Shown: positions 18,779-29,368, counted from the stretch's first letter. The stretch is DNA of 41,714 nucleotides from a virus (IMGVR_UViG_3300034008_000014:1-41714); one strand, 5' to 3'. Made by a program: numbers and translations. The notes: generated from the letters alone by a model not told the origin.

Positions 18779-18990
18779 CCCTCTTCCCCGGTCTGCCCAC
18801 GCGGCTACTGCTCGCAGCGGTGTACTCTTACCTTATCGAAGGCGTTGACGCCGACAGGCGTTTCGAGGTTGACCTCACGCTGGGCCTGGTCGAGCCTGAC
18901 GACACTCTGGCCGAACAGGTCGAGGCGCTGCCTGAGAGTAGCTTCGAGGAACGAGCGCAGATAGCTATGGCGTACGGCGACATCAACTAA
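18368..18990 (+). CDS. tail assembly chaperone, -1 frameshifted long form
   Basis: In-frame slippery heptamer C CCT TTA at 18661-18667; -1 frame is open to 18990 (..SAIVGLLTFYEQHRLELDGKL..). Confidence 0.8.
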
Positions 18991-19003
18991 GGGAAAGGCA
19001 GTC

Positions 19004-22000
19004 ATGCCAGGCGGCTCAGTCGGCACTATCTACTACGACGTGCTGCCCGACCTGTCTGGCTTCGGCGCTGCCGTCGCGGCCGCCACTGGCAACTTCAAGC
19101 CCGCTCAGGTTAAGGTATCGGCCGACACGCGCCAGGCCCAGGCCGGGATCACCGCGCTCACGGGGGCCACTGGGCAGCTCACGGGCAGCTCGACCAAACT
19201 GGCGAACGCTCAAGGGCAGCTCAGGGTGGCGAACGCCCGGCTGGCCGAGACCTCACAGAAGGCGGCGGCTGGTTCTGCTCGGCTGCTGTCTGCCCAGGAG
19301 TCCCAAGCTCGCGCCATGCGTTCGGTCGTGGCGGCTCAGCGTGAGGTTCAAGCCAGCGCTGAGGCGGCGCGGCGCCCCGCAGAGAAGCTCTACAAAACGC
19401 TTGGCGCCAAGATCAACGACGGCGGTGTGCAACGCCTGGCCACGGGCGTCACGGCGGCCGGGGCGGCGCTGGGGCTCGGCGTGGGGTTGGCCGTCAAGAC
19501 TACGGCCGACTTCGAGCAAGCCGTCTCCCACGTTGCCAGCACGGGCGACGAGGCCAAGAAGCGGATCAGCGAGCTCCGCGCTGAAGCGGTTAAGTTCGGC
19601 GCCGACACTGCCTACTCCGCGACCGAGGCAGCGAACGCTCAGCAGGAGCTGATCAAAGCCAACGTCAGCGTCGCCGACACGATCAACGGCGGACTGGCGG
19701 GCGCGCTCGACCTCGCCGCAGCCGGGTCGCTCGGCGTCGCCGACGCGGCCGGGATCATGGCTACGGCGATGTCGCAGTTCAAGATCGAGGGCGACCAGGC
19801 AAGCCACGTCGCCGACCTGCTGGCGGCCGGGGCCGGGAAGGCTCAGGGCGAGGTCAGCGACTTCGCCGGGGCGCTGAAGTACGTCGGCCCCAACGCGAAG
19901 GCGATGGGGGTCTCCATCGAGGAGACGGTCGGCGTGCTGGCGATGTTCGCTGACCAGGGTGTGCTCGGCGAGCAGGCCGGAACCTCGTTTCGGTCGATGC
20001 TGGTCAGCCTGTCGGCCCCGATGGGCGCGGGCGCGAAGGAAATTCAGAAGTACGGCATCAACCTCCGCGACGCCTCAGGCGAGTTCATCGGCATGGAAGG
20101 CGCGGCTGAGCAGCTTCGGAAGAAGCTCGGCGGGTTGAGCCGGGCCGACCGTGACGCTGCACTTGCCAGGATTTTCGGAAAGAACAGTCTGACCGCTGCG
20201 ACCATCCTTTACGAGGGTGGCGCTGAGGGTGTGGCGAAGTGGACCAAGGCCGTAAACGATTCCGGCTACGCCCAAGATGTCGCGCGCGAGAAGATGAACA
20301 ACCTCCGCGGCGACGTGGAGAAGCTCGGCGGTGCGATCCAGTCGGCGTTCATCGGGGCGGCAAGCTCGAGCACGTCCCCGCTGCGCGGCATCGTGCAGAA
20401 CGTCACCAACGTAGTCGATGCGGTGGGCGAGCTCCCGGCCGCGGTGCAGGGCGGGCTCTTCAAGGGCACGGCCGCCGTCGCGGCCACGGCAGTCTTCGCT
20501 GGCGGCCTGGTCAAGGTGGCCGGGGCGGCGAAAGAGGCTAAGGTCGCGCTCGACGTGCTGAAGGTCAGCTCGAAGACTGCACTGCTTGGCGCGGGCGCGC
20601 TGGGCATCGGGCTCACGGTCGCGGCGGTCGCGGTCGGCCACTGGGCAGGGGAGTCGGCGAAAGCCAAGCAGGCTACCGATAACCTGTCCGAAGCCCTGGT
20701 CGCCAGTAACGGCGTGGTGGACGAGTCAATCGCCAAGATGCGGGCGAAGGAGCTGGTCGACTCTGGCGCTATCGGCCAGGCCCGGAAGCTCGGAATTTCT
20801 GTCGAGGACCTGACGGCGGCGAGCCTCGGAAACGTCGCAGCGCAGGAGCGTGTAAACGCTGTGCTATCGACCACCGAACGCCAGTCGGGCAACGTCGCAC
20901 GCGGCATGGGCGACGTGACCGGCAAGGGTGTCGAGCTGGGCAAAGCCGCCGACGCCGTGCAGGACGCGCTCGACAAGGGCAACAAGACCCTGAAGGATGC
21001 TCAGGGGGAATACAGCGACTACTCACGTTCGGTCGACGCGGGCACCGCGGCCGTTGGGCAGAGCGAAGAGGCGCACCGTAAGAACCAAGACGCTATCGGC
21101 CGCAGCCTGACCGCGCTTCAGCAGCTCGGCACGGCGTCGAGTCGCACCGCTGAGGAGAGCCAGCGCTTCGCCTCTCAGCTTTTCAAAGAGGGCGAGACGC
21201 TTCAGGCGGTCACGACCTCCTACTCCTCCTACCAGGCCGCTATTGACACGAGCGCAGCCAGCATTAAGGGCCAGTCGCTCAGCATCGAGAAGGGCACGGG
21301 GTTACTCCGCGCCGACACCGACGTACGGCGCGATGCTGTCGGCGCCCTGACCGGCCTGGCTTCGGCCGGGAAATCCTACGTCACGTCCATGGCTGCCCAG
21401 GGGGCGAGTAGCCGAGACCTGCAAGAGGCCACGAAGGGCGTCCGCGACGATTTCATCGCGGCGGCGCGCGAGGGCGGGCTGACCGCGAAAGCCGCCCGCA
21501 ACCTCGCCGACGACTACGGGCTCGTGCCCAAAGAGGTCAAGACCACGTTCGACGCCGTGGGTATCGCCGCGCAGCAGGCGAAGATCAAAGAATATCAAGA
21601 GGCTATCGAGGGACTGACGCAGCCGCAGCGGATCAGGCTCGAGTCGATTCTCGACAAGAAGGGCAGCGAGGCGGCCGAGAAGTACCTCAAGAGCCTGGTC
21701 GCCGACCCTTACACGTTCAAGCTCAAGGCGGACACCAAGCAGGCGAAGCAGAATGCCGTCGACCTCCGCGTCACCGTGGGCAAGGTGCCGTCCGACAAGA
21801 CGACGCTATTCAAGACTCCCGGCGTCAACACGGCTCAGCGCGAGGTCAGAACACTCGACGGGCAAATCAGGAATACGCCCAAGTCGCTGACCACGCGGAC
21901 CAGCGCGCCCGGCGCGAAGGGCGCGGCTGGGGATATTCGCACGCTTGACGACAGAATCAATGACGTGAACGGCAAGAACGTCGCCGTGAACGTGGGCATC

Positions 22001-23251
22001 AACTTCTCCCAGAACAAGCTTGCTGTCGACCTCGTAAAGAAGTACGGCAAGAGCGCCAGAATCCCCAGCGCCTACGCGAAGGGTGGCAAGGTCCAGAACC
22101 TCTCGGGGTTGGGCGAGCGGAGTTACGACACCGAGCCCGCCATGCTGCGTGTAAACGAGCATGTCTGGACCCCCGAAGAGGTCCGGGGCGCGGGTGGTCA
22201 TGAGGCTATGTATCGCGCCCGGGCAGCGGCGAAGAAGGGCGAGCTCCACTTCGCGCGTGGCGGTGCTGTGGCTCGGCGGCTCGAGGTCGGCGTCGATGTT
22301 GACAAGGTGCCCAGTGCGGGATCGTTCAACAATATTCCGACGCTGGGCGAACGGCTGGGCAGCCAGGCCGCGTCGGGCTACGCGTCGGCGCTGTCGAACG
22401 CCTACCGCGGCATTCTGAAGAAAGCCCAAGCAGCCGCGGAAGACGGCGGCGGCGGACTCATCGGCGGCAAGGGGTTCGCCAACGGACTCGCCTTCGCGCG
22501 GTCGCAGGTCGGCAAGCCCTATCGCTGGGCATCGGCCGGGCCGGGCGGCTACGACTGCTCAGGCTTCATGGCAGCCATTGCCAACGTCGTACAGGGCAAG
22601 CGCCCGTACGTGCGCCGGTTCTCCACTGGGCAGGCAGCGGGCGGCCCGAAGACCGTGGGCGGCTTCACGCGCGGCAAGAGCTCGGCCTTCCGTATCGGCA
22701 TCAACCCGACCCGGGGCTCGAAGATCGGGCACACCGCGGGAACCATCAACGGCGTAAACGTCGAGTCCGCTGGTGGCGTCGGCGTGCGCGTCGGAAAGTC
22801 TGCCCGCGGGGCCAACAGCGGCATGTTCCCCTTGCACTACGGTCTGGCGAAGGGCGGCCCCGTGCTGCCCAAGCAGGGCGACCCGCCATACGACACTCTC
22901 TCGAAGACTGGGCAGCGCTTCACGCCGGGGCTCGAGGAGCTGGCTGAGAAGTTCTACGGGCAGAAGCTCTACGACCAGGGCGGCGTGCTCGCGCCTGGTG
23001 CTACCCTGGCAGTTAACAAGACCGGGAAGCCTGAATACACCTTCGAGAATAGCCAGTTCAAGGCGCTGAACCGCGTGGTAAAATCGCTCGAATCGGCAAT
23101 AGATGTCAAGTCAGGGCGCCCTACTCGATCTCCAGTGCCGGTGATCATCAACATTCACGGTGGCGACATGCGAGAGGTTCGGCGTACCGTCGAAGACGTG
23201 CTCGCTGAACACGGTGAATATGACGCCACGATAAACAGGATGAGGCGCTAA
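19004..23251 (+). CDS. tape measure protein with C-terminal NlpC/P60 peptidase
   Basis: 1415 aa, Ala-rich; TP901-type core (TAYSATEAA, GEQAGTSFR, NNLRGD); QVGKPYRW...YDCSG and GHT; repeated A.GG.V motifs. Confidence 0.95.
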   Translation: MPGGSVGTIYYDVLPDLSGFGAAVAAATGNFKPAQVKVSADTRQAQAGITALTGATGQLTGSSTKLANAQGQLRVANARLAETSQKAAAGSARLLSAQESQARAMRSVVAAQREVQASAEAARRPAEKLYKTLGAKINDGGVQRLATGVTAAGAALGLGVGLAVKTTADFEQAVSHVASTGDEAKKRISELRAEAVKFGADTAYSATEAANAQQELIKANVSVADTINGGLAGALDLAAAGSLGVADAAGIMATAMSQFKIEGDQASHVADLLAAGAGKAQGEVSDFAGALKYVGPNAKAMGVSIEETVGVLAMFADQGVLGEQAGTSFRSMLVSLSAPMGAGAKEIQKYGINLRDASGEFIGMEGAAEQLRKKLGGLSRADRDAALARIFGKNSLTAATILYEGGAEGVAKWTKAVNDSGYAQDVAREKMNNLRGDVEKLGGAIQSAFIGAASSSTSPLRGIVQNVTNVVDAVGELPAAVQGGLFKGTAAVAATAVFAGGLVKVAGAAKEAKVALDVLKVSSKTALLGAGALGIGLTVAAVAVGHWAGESAKAKQATDNLSEALVASNGVVDESIAKMRAKELVDSGAIGQARKLGISVEDLTAASLGNVAAQERVNAVLSTTERQSGNVARGMGDVTGKGVELGKAADAVQDALDKGNKTLKDAQGEYSDYSRSVDAGTAAVGQSEEAHRKNQDAIGRSLTALQQLGTASSRTAEESQRFASQLFKEGETLQAVTTSYSSYQAAIDTSAASIKGQSLSIEKGTGLLRADTDVRRDAVGALTGLASAGKSYVTSMAAQGASSRDLQEATKGVRDDFIAAAREGGLTAKAARNLADDYGLVPKEVKTTFDAVGIAAQQAKIKEYQEAIEGLTQPQRIRLESILDKKGSEAAEKYLKSLVADPYTFKLKADTKQAKQNAVDLRVTVGKVPSDKTTLFKTPGVNTAQREVRTLDGQIRNTPKSLTTRTSAPGAKGAAGDIRTLDDRINDVNGKNVAVNVGINFSQNKLAVDLVKKYGKSARIPSAYAKGGKVQNLSGLGERSYDTEPAMLRVNEHVWTPEEVRGAGGHEAMYRARAAAKKGELHFARGGAVARRLEVGVDVDKVPSAGSFNNIPTLGERLGSQAASGYASALSNAYRGILKKAQAAAEDGGGGLIGGKGFANGLAFARSQVGKPYRWASAGPGGYDCSGFMAAIANVVQGKRPYVRRFSTGQAAGGPKTVGGFTRGKSSAFRIGINPTRGSKIGHTAGTINGVNVESAGGVGVRVGKSARGANSGMFPLHYGLAKGGPVLPKQGDPPYDTLSKTGQRFTPGLEELAEKFYGQKLYDQGGVLAPGATLAVNKTGKPEYTFENSQFKALNRVVKSLESAIDVKSGRPTRSPVPVIINIHGGDMREVRRTVEDVLAEHGEYDATINRMRR

Positions 23252-25113
23252 TGGCTTCGAGCACTCTGCGGACTGCGCTCGGCACGACCGTATCGAACGC
23301 CGCAGGCGACCAGTCGCGCAACTTCGAGTACCTGACCCGGGTCGGCCTGAGGGCGGGGGGCCTGGGCAGCACCATCGGCTACCTGTACTTCTCGCTGGCA
23401 GCGATCCCGCGCGGCGCTGTGGTCAGCTCGGCGAAACTGTACCTCTACAGCGACTCGAGCGCGCAGGCTGGTGCGATCACGCTCAGCCTGAAGCGGCTAC
23501 GCCAGACCGTCTCGATGACGAAGGTCACCTACACCACGCGGCCGACCGCACTCTACGGCGATGCAGCCCGGACGGTAACGAAGACCGGCCCCGTCGCGGC
23601 CGGTACGGAATGGATGGTCGACGTAACGCCGCACGTTCAGAGTGTGGCGAACGGCGACGCCTGGTACGGCTGGCAACTCACGGCGAATTTCAACCCTATC
23701 GCCTGGTTCAACAAGAGCAACCACCCAAACAGCGTGCAGCGCCCCCGGCTCGAGCTGACCTGGACTGTGCCTCCGACCGCACCGACTGGGCTGCGGCCGG
23801 GTGGGGGTCGGGCGGTCTCTCTGCCCAGTCCCCGCGTGGCGGCCACGTACACCGACGTAGGGGCTGACAACGCACTCGCCGCGGTGCAGGTCCAGACGAA
23901 CGCCACGAACGTCTGGACGGCCCCTTCCTGGGATTCTGGCGTGGTCCTCACGTCTTCGCCTGAGCTGGACCTGGCGACGCAGGGCACGTTTGTCGGCCTG
24001 GCGAGTGGAGAGATGCGCTGGTGGCGTATGCGATGCCAAGACGCGAACGGGCTCTGGTCGGCCTGGTCCCTGGCAGAGTCGTTTAAACGGGACCTCAAGG
24101 GGGCCGTGACGATCCTCAACCCGCAGCAGTCGCCGAACAACTACGTAACCGAATCGTCTCCTCCGATTACGTGGAGCTTCACGGGCGAAACGCAGACCGC
24201 CTATCAGGTCAACATCGCTGACCCGGCGACCGGGCGAGTGCTCTACTCGTCGGGCAAGATCACTGGCACCGCGACCGCGCTGACCCTGCCGCCCACCGCG
24301 CTGACCGGCGCGGCCGGGACGCTCTACAACCTCCGCGTGATTGTCTGGGATTCGAAGAGTCGTGAGACGACGCCCGGCGACCCGGCATGGACGGACGCCT
24401 CTCTCGACTTCACCTTCGCGCTCAGCGCGTCCACACCGCCCACCACGAACCTCGTGCTGACCAGCGGCGAGCCGCGCCCCCGCGTGACGCTCACCTGGCA
24501 GCGCGGGACGTTCCCCGACTCGTACTCGATCATGCGTAACGGCGTGGTCATCGCGTCCGGGCTGAGCCCGAGCGAGCTGGCACCTGGCGGCACCGGCACG
24601 TCGTTTACATGGGTCGACCGCAACCCGCTGCCGCAGACCGCAGCCACCTATCAGGCGTTGGCCGTGGTGAACGGGCAGGCGAGCGCCGGGAACAGCACCG
24701 CCACGATCACGCTGACCAGCCTCGGCATCTGGCTGGCCGACAACACGCGGGCCAACGAGGTTGTATTATTCGGGCGGGAAGCGCGCTCTTGGACGTATGG
24801 AGAGGAGTCGGAAGTGCTGAGCGTGCTGGGCGGCAGTGAAGTTTCAGTCGTGACGCACTCTCAGCGCGGGCTCGAGGGTACCGTGCAGGGCACGCTGCAA
24901 CACGGCTCGGCTATCGGTGAGAACGTCACCGCGAAGGCGTACCGTGACGCGCTCCTGAGGATCAAGCGCAACCCTGGGCAGCAGTGTTGGCTCACCCTGC
25001 ATGACTCCACTATCCCGGTCGTAGTCCGCGCCATTAACATTACCCCGCGCGCCCTGCCGCAGCCGGTCTACGATGTCTCTTTCGAGTTCTACGAAGTGAA
25101 GAAAAGAGGATAG
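23251..25113 (+). CDS. minor tail protein (distal tail/baseplate, beta-sandwich/FnIII-like domains)
   Basis: TAATG coupling to TMP; IPRGAVVSSAKLYLY, RPRLELTW, SAWS motifs. Confidence 0.8.
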   Translation: MASSTLRTALGTTVSNAAGDQSRNFEYLTRVGLRAGGLGSTIGYLYFSLAAIPRGAVVSSAKLYLYSDSSAQAGAITLSLKRLRQTVSMTKVTYTTRPTALYGDAARTVTKTGPVAAGTEWMVDVTPHVQSVANGDAWYGWQLTANFNPIAWFNKSNHPNSVQRPRLELTWTVPPTAPTGLRPGGGRAVSLPSPRVAATYTDVGADNALAAVQVQTNATNVWTAPSWDSGVVLTSSPELDLATQGTFVGLASGEMRWWRMRCQDANGLWSAWSLAESFKRDLKGAVTILNPQQSPNNYVTESSPPITWSFTGETQTAYQVNIADPATGRVLYSSGKITGTATALTLPPTALTGAAGTLYNLRVIVWDSKSRETTPGDPAWTDASLDFTFALSASTPPTTNLVLTSGEPRPRVTLTWQRGTFPDSYSIMRNGVVIASGLSPSELAPGGTGTSFTWVDRNPLPQTAATYQALAVVNGQASAGNSTATITLTSLGIWLADNTRANEVVLFGREARSWTYGEESEVLSVLGGSEVSVVTHSQRGLEGTVQGTLQHGSAIGENVTAKAYRDALLRIKRNPGQQCWLTLHDSTIPVVVRAINITPRALPQPVYDVSFEFYEVKKRG

Positions 25114-25117
25114 GCCC

Positions 25118-26281
25118 GTGATCAGTCTGGGGCTCACCGCTGCCCAGCAGCGAGAGTTTCATGCGGTTTTGGCAGGGTCTTATTCGGTCGATATCGTGGT
25201 ACGGGTCATGGACCTGAACCGACGCTATCTGGCCGACATCTCGGAGCGGCTCTACGATGGGCAGGTCAATGTCGACGGCGACGCCGATATCACCCGCACG
25301 GCGACCCTCTCGCTCCGCGACCCCGATCATGCGTTGCTGTGGGATACCAACTCGCCTAGCGACGGCTCGCTCTTTGTGGACAGACTCGTCTCTATTCTGT
25401 ACGTGATCACGGCGCCGTACCCGGCGAGGCTGACGTACAGCGTGCCGATCTTCGCCGGGCCAGTGACGAAAGCCAGCCGCACCGCTGACGTAGTGAATGT
25501 CGAGGCGTCAGGCATGGAGCATCTCGTGCTCCCCCCGACCGTTGCCTGGTTCACGAAGACCTACAACAAAGGCGTGAAGAAGAGCACGCTCGTCCGTACG
25601 ATCATGTCCGAGCTGGGGACCGAAACGAAGTTTCAGATTCCCGACTGGCCCGAGACGACGGCCGCCCCCGTGACCCTCGTGCATAACTCGAACATCTGGG
25701 CAGTGGCCAAAAGTGTCGTCGGCAGCCGAGCCACGAACCATCTCTTCTACGACGGCCGGGGAGTGTGCGTGCTGAGAAAGACGCCCTATACTTCGACCTT
25801 CGCCTTCCGCAGTGGAGACGGCGGCACGATCATCACAGAGCCGCAGGTCAATTACGACATGGCCGATGTGCGCAACACGGTGCGCGTGGTCGGCGCCGTG
25901 CCCACCGGGAAGAAGACGCCGGTTTCGGCGACCGTGACGGCGCCGCGGTCGCATCCGTTGAGCACCTTCTCGCTCGGCCGGAACGGTAGGCAGCGGGTGA
26001 TTCTCGAGGAGGTCGAAGACGACCACCTGAAGACGGCTGCCCAGTGCAAGGAGCTCGCGCAGAGCCGCGTCGACTGGCTGCTTCAGCAGAGCGTCGATGT
26101 GACCTTCGATGCCCGCGTGGTCCCCCATCTCGAGCCCGAGGACGTTTACACGATCCATACCCCGGATTTCTCTTTCACGGCACGGGTGAAGCGGCTGACC
26201 ATCCCGCTCAAGTCCGGGCCGATGTCCGTGGGCTACAACGTCAAGCGCAGCACGAACGCTGCCAGAATCAGGAAACGGTAG
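25118..26281 (+). CDS. minor tail protein (hub-like)
   Basis: GQVNVDGDADITRTATL, FYDGRG, NTVRVVG, PHLEPED motifs; position. Confidence 0.8.
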   Translation: MISLGLTAAQQREFHAVLAGSYSVDIVVRVMDLNRRYLADISERLYDGQVNVDGDADITRTATLSLRDPDHALLWDTNSPSDGSLFVDRLVSILYVITAPYPARLTYSVPIFAGPVTKASRTADVVNVEASGMEHLVLPPTVAWFTKTYNKGVKKSTLVRTIMSELGTETKFQIPDWPETTAAPVTLVHNSNIWAVAKSVVGSRATNHLFYDGRGVCVLRKTPYTSTFAFRSGDGGTIITEPQVNYDMADVRNTVRVVGAVPTGKKTPVSATVTAPRSHPLSTFSLGRNGRQRVILEEVEDDHLKTAAQCKELAQSRVDWLLQQSVDVTFDARVVPHLEPEDVYTIHTPDFSFTARVKRLTIPLKSGPMSVGYNVKRSTNAARIRKR

Positions 26282-26459
26282 CAGTCGTGCCAGCCGGGAA
26301 GCTAATCGGGAGGTACGGGCGCCCATCGAGGGAAACGGTCTCGACGCGGCACCCCTTGCCGCGTTTGGCGACCTTCACCACGCGGGCGAAAGCCGCGCCG
26401 TTGTCATCGTGCACAATCATGCCGGGTACGATAGCGGCCGGGCTCACTGTGTATGTCAT
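26268..26459 (-). CDS. small SH3/KOW-like protein, antisense within tail operon
   Basis: 63 aa MTYTVSPAAIVPGMIVHDDNG...; fills the intergenic gap and has its own leaderless promoter. Confidence 0.75.
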   Translation of the reverse strand: MTYTVSPAAIVPGMIVHDDNGAAFARVVKVAKRGKGCRVETVSLDGRPYLPISFPAGTTATVS

Positions 26460-26466
26460 GTCTATG

Positions 26467-26495
26467 ACTCTACACGTCTTCACGAAGGAATGCAA
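26467..26495 (-). promoter_or_regulatory. conserved early-type promoter
   Basis: TTGCAT-N17-TAGAGT-CATAGAC-ATG. Confidence 0.8.
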
Positions 26496-26498
26496 CCA

Positions 26499-28676
26499 AT
26501 GACGCAAGAGCTTTACGGCACCGTGCTGTCCGTCGACACGCGCAACCTCGGCGAGCCGACCGTCGCCTTCGCGGCCGCTGGGCAGACCACGCTCTACGTG
26601 GACGACGCAGCGAGTTTCAACAGTCTCGGCGGTCAGGCACTGGTCGACGGCGTGCTCTACTCGTACGCAGAAATCGATGTCGAGGTCAACACGCTCGAGC
26701 TGCTGACCGTGCTCGAGGCTGACGTGCCGGAAGGCGCGCTGGTCGAGGTTGTGCCCGCGTCCCCCGTGAAGGTGGCCTCAGTCGACCTCGGCGGCGAGGG
26801 TGACGCGGTGCCGGTCATCGTGCCTCACGCGCTGGTCGAGGAGCTGGTCGACGGCGTGCGAGACGAGCACACGAGCGAGACCGTGTTGTGTGACCTGAAG
26901 GGCGCGCAGTTGGTCATCGTAGACGTGGTAGGACAGCCGCTGACCAAGGGCACCATCGATCCCGACCGGCTGAACCTGGGCCAGGTGGCCGACCTCGTGC
27001 AAGACCCGCAGATGCTGTCCGAGCGCTGGTCGCCGTCCGAGCCGTGGGTCATTCTCGGCCCCGACGACGTTTACCCGGAGCTGAACTACGCCCGCTGTAC
27101 GAACGACGGTGCCACCATCGACACCGATTTCTACCTCACCGACATGATTCCCGTGCAAGCTGGGCAGTCAGTGCGGGTCGCCGGTCTGCTTCGGTTCAAC
27201 AGCGCAGCCGTGACGGGCGCAGGATTACCGTCTGAGAGCCGCGGGCGCGTCAGGGTGGAGTTCTATCAGGCTGACGGCGTAACGAGCCTGAGCGGCTCTG
27301 AGCAGTTGGAAGAGCTGCTATCCAGTGCGACCACTCCTGACGTGTGGACCACGCTTGCCGCATCCTTCCCGGTGCCGGAAGGCTACCCGTTCGCGCGAGC
27401 GAAATTCCAGACCTCGTACCAGACGGGCGGGGCGGTCGACTTCATCAAGCCTAGCGTGCAGGTCCCGTGGAATCGGGTAGCCTCAAGCAGCTACGTCGAG
27501 GGCGCGTCAGGCTGGGCACTGGACGACAACGTGAGCCAGGTCGAAGACCTGAACGTGCTGAACGAGTTGGGTGCGGGCGGCATCACGACGGGCGCGCTCA
27601 CCGTGGGGGGCGTCGACTTCGCCACGCTCATCAACACGATGCCGCGCGGCATCGTGGCTTATGACCTGTCCACCACGGGCGACGACACGGGCAACAACTA
27701 CAGTCTCTTCGAGTTCGCTATGGGGCCAAGCGAAGCGGGCAGGCTCTATCGTGTGAAGTTCATCGGGCATCTTCAGTCGGCGTCGATCAACGATGTCTAT
27801 GACCTGCATATCCATATGACGACGAACAATACTACGCCGACCAGTGCGAGTCCCATCATCAGGTCGCAGCGTGTAAACATGGGGCCTGGCGCGGCAAGCT
27901 CGGCGTTCATCGTGGAGAAGGTCTTCGCCACGGGCGACTATGCCAACGTGCGTTTCCTGCTAGCGATGGACCGGCAGTACGGCAACGGGCCGGGGTTCGT
28001 CTACAACGGCGGTGGCAGGCAGCTCACGGCGTACGTCGAGGATTGCGGGCTCTACGCCAGTGCGGCCGACGCGGGCACCCTGTCGCAGAAATCTTTCTAC
28101 ACGCCGCCAGCCACGCCGCAAGAGCCCAACCCGCAGCCCAAGCCGCCCCAGCCCGATCCCGTGGTGACGTACACTGATGTCCCCTTCCCGTGCACATGGT
28201 CACGCTCCTACGACTCCGATGGTGGTGTCCGCCAGGGCGACGACACGCAGAACCTTTATCAGGGCTACTACTCGGGCACGCACGGGAACACGCGCTCGCT
28301 CTTCGGTTTCGATGACGCGCTGATCCGCTCACGGACGGCCGGGGCCACCATGACCGGCATCAAGCTCAGGTTTCGGGCGAAGACGACCTACAACTACTCG
28401 GGCGGCACCTACCGACTGACCACGGGCAACTACTCCGCTAAGCCCGGCTCTTGGTCGGGGGCAAACACGAACGAGAACCGGGCGAACTTCTCTCGGAAAG
28501 CAGGGTCGACGCAGACTCACAACCTGCCGCTGGCTATCGCCAACGAGTTCAAGAGCGGCACCACCAAATGCCTCGGGTTCGGCCCGGCCCCGAGCACGTC
28601 GCACGAATACTACGTGACTGCCTACGGCAACGGGAGCAGCAGCGAGCCGGTGCTTTACCTTAGTTACAAACGATAG
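26499..28676 (+). CDS. minor tail protein / receptor-binding fibre
   Basis: 725 aa from ATG 26499 (SD GAAGGA); carbohydrate-binding-like beta domains, Pro-rich linker, C-terminal YQGYYSGTHGNTRSLFGF domain. Confidence 0.8.
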   Translation: MTQELYGTVLSVDTRNLGEPTVAFAAAGQTTLYVDDAASFNSLGGQALVDGVLYSYAEIDVEVNTLELLTVLEADVPEGALVEVVPASPVKVASVDLGGEGDAVPVIVPHALVEELVDGVRDEHTSETVLCDLKGAQLVIVDVVGQPLTKGTIDPDRLNLGQVADLVQDPQMLSERWSPSEPWVILGPDDVYPELNYARCTNDGATIDTDFYLTDMIPVQAGQSVRVAGLLRFNSAAVTGAGLPSESRGRVRVEFYQADGVTSLSGSEQLEELLSSATTPDVWTTLAASFPVPEGYPFARAKFQTSYQTGGAVDFIKPSVQVPWNRVASSSYVEGASGWALDDNVSQVEDLNVLNELGAGGITTGALTVGGVDFATLINTMPRGIVAYDLSTTGDDTGNNYSLFEFAMGPSEAGRLYRVKFIGHLQSASINDVYDLHIHMTTNNTTPTSASPIIRSQRVNMGPGAASSAFIVEKVFATGDYANVRFLLAMDRQYGNGPGFVYNGGGRQLTAYVEDCGLYASAADAGTLSQKSFYTPPATPQEPNPQPKPPQPDPVVTYTDVPFPCTWSRSYDSDGGVRQGDDTQNLYQGYYSGTHGNTRSLFGFDDALIRSRTAGATMTGIKLRFRAKTTYNYSGGTYRLTTGNYSAKPGSWSGANTNENRANFSRKAGSTQTHNLPLAIANEFKSGTTKCLGFGPAPSTSHEYYVTAYGNGSSSEPVLYLSYKR

Positions 28677-28694
28677 CCAAAAGAGAGAAGCGGA

Positions 28695-28904
28695 ATGATG
28701 AAAAGCAAGCAACTGCATGTCGTAAAGGGCGTACTCGATACGCTAGCGCACGTGCAGAACAACAATGGCGTGCCAGGCTTTGACCTGACGCAAGTCAACG
28801 GCACGCTGCGAGAGACTGGGCAGGCCGTCGAGCTGGTTTGGGTTCCCGGCGCAAACTGGCCGACTGACCCCGTTGACGGCGATTGGGATATCGTTACACG
28901 GTAA
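28695..28904 (+). CDS. hypothetical protein
   Basis: Short ORF following the fibre gene. Confidence 0.55.
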   Translation: MMKSKQLHVVKGVLDTLAHVQNNNGVPGFDLTQVNGTLRETGQAVELVWVPGANWPTDPVDGDWDIVTR

Positions 28905-28933
28905 ACCATTTGACACGCTGTAGGCTAGGCTCT

Positions 28934-29368
28934 ATGGACTTGTCACAATTGCGCGTCGCCGGGTGGCGAGGCGGCGACCTGCTGACCCTGGGGCTGGTCT
29001 ATCTCGGCGTCGCGGTGTCCGTTATCCTCGCGCCGAACTATCAACCCGACCTCGTGCATACTCATCTCCCGGTCCCTCTCCGCGTCGCCGTCTGGGCAGC
29101 GCCCGGCCTCGTCGCTGTCGTGTGCGGCTGGGCACACTCTCGCAGGTTGCAGGGCATCGCCTTCGGCCTGCTCAGCTTCGCGCCCGCTGAACGTATGACC
29201 TCGTTCTTCTGGGGAGCCACCTTCTACCACGGGGCAGACCCGCAATGGTGGCCCGGGTTCGTGGTGTACGCCGGATTCCTGCTGTTCGTGTTGCGGCTGG
29301 CCGCCCGTCCCGAGCCGGTCGAGCCTGCTGAACTGCCCGCCGTGCTTCGCCCCGAGAAGCTGCGATGA
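28934..29368 (+). CDS. membrane protein (about 4 TM), lysis cassette
   Basis: Hydrophobic segments; TAGGCT 7 nt before ATG. Confidence 0.7.
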   Translation: MDLSQLRVAGWRGGDLLTLGLVYLGVAVSVILAPNYQPDLVHTHLPVPLRVAVWAAPGLVAVVCGWAHSRRLQGIAFGLLSFAPAERMTSFFWGATFYHGADPQWWPGFVVYAGFLLFVLRLAARPEPVEPAELPAVLRPEKLR

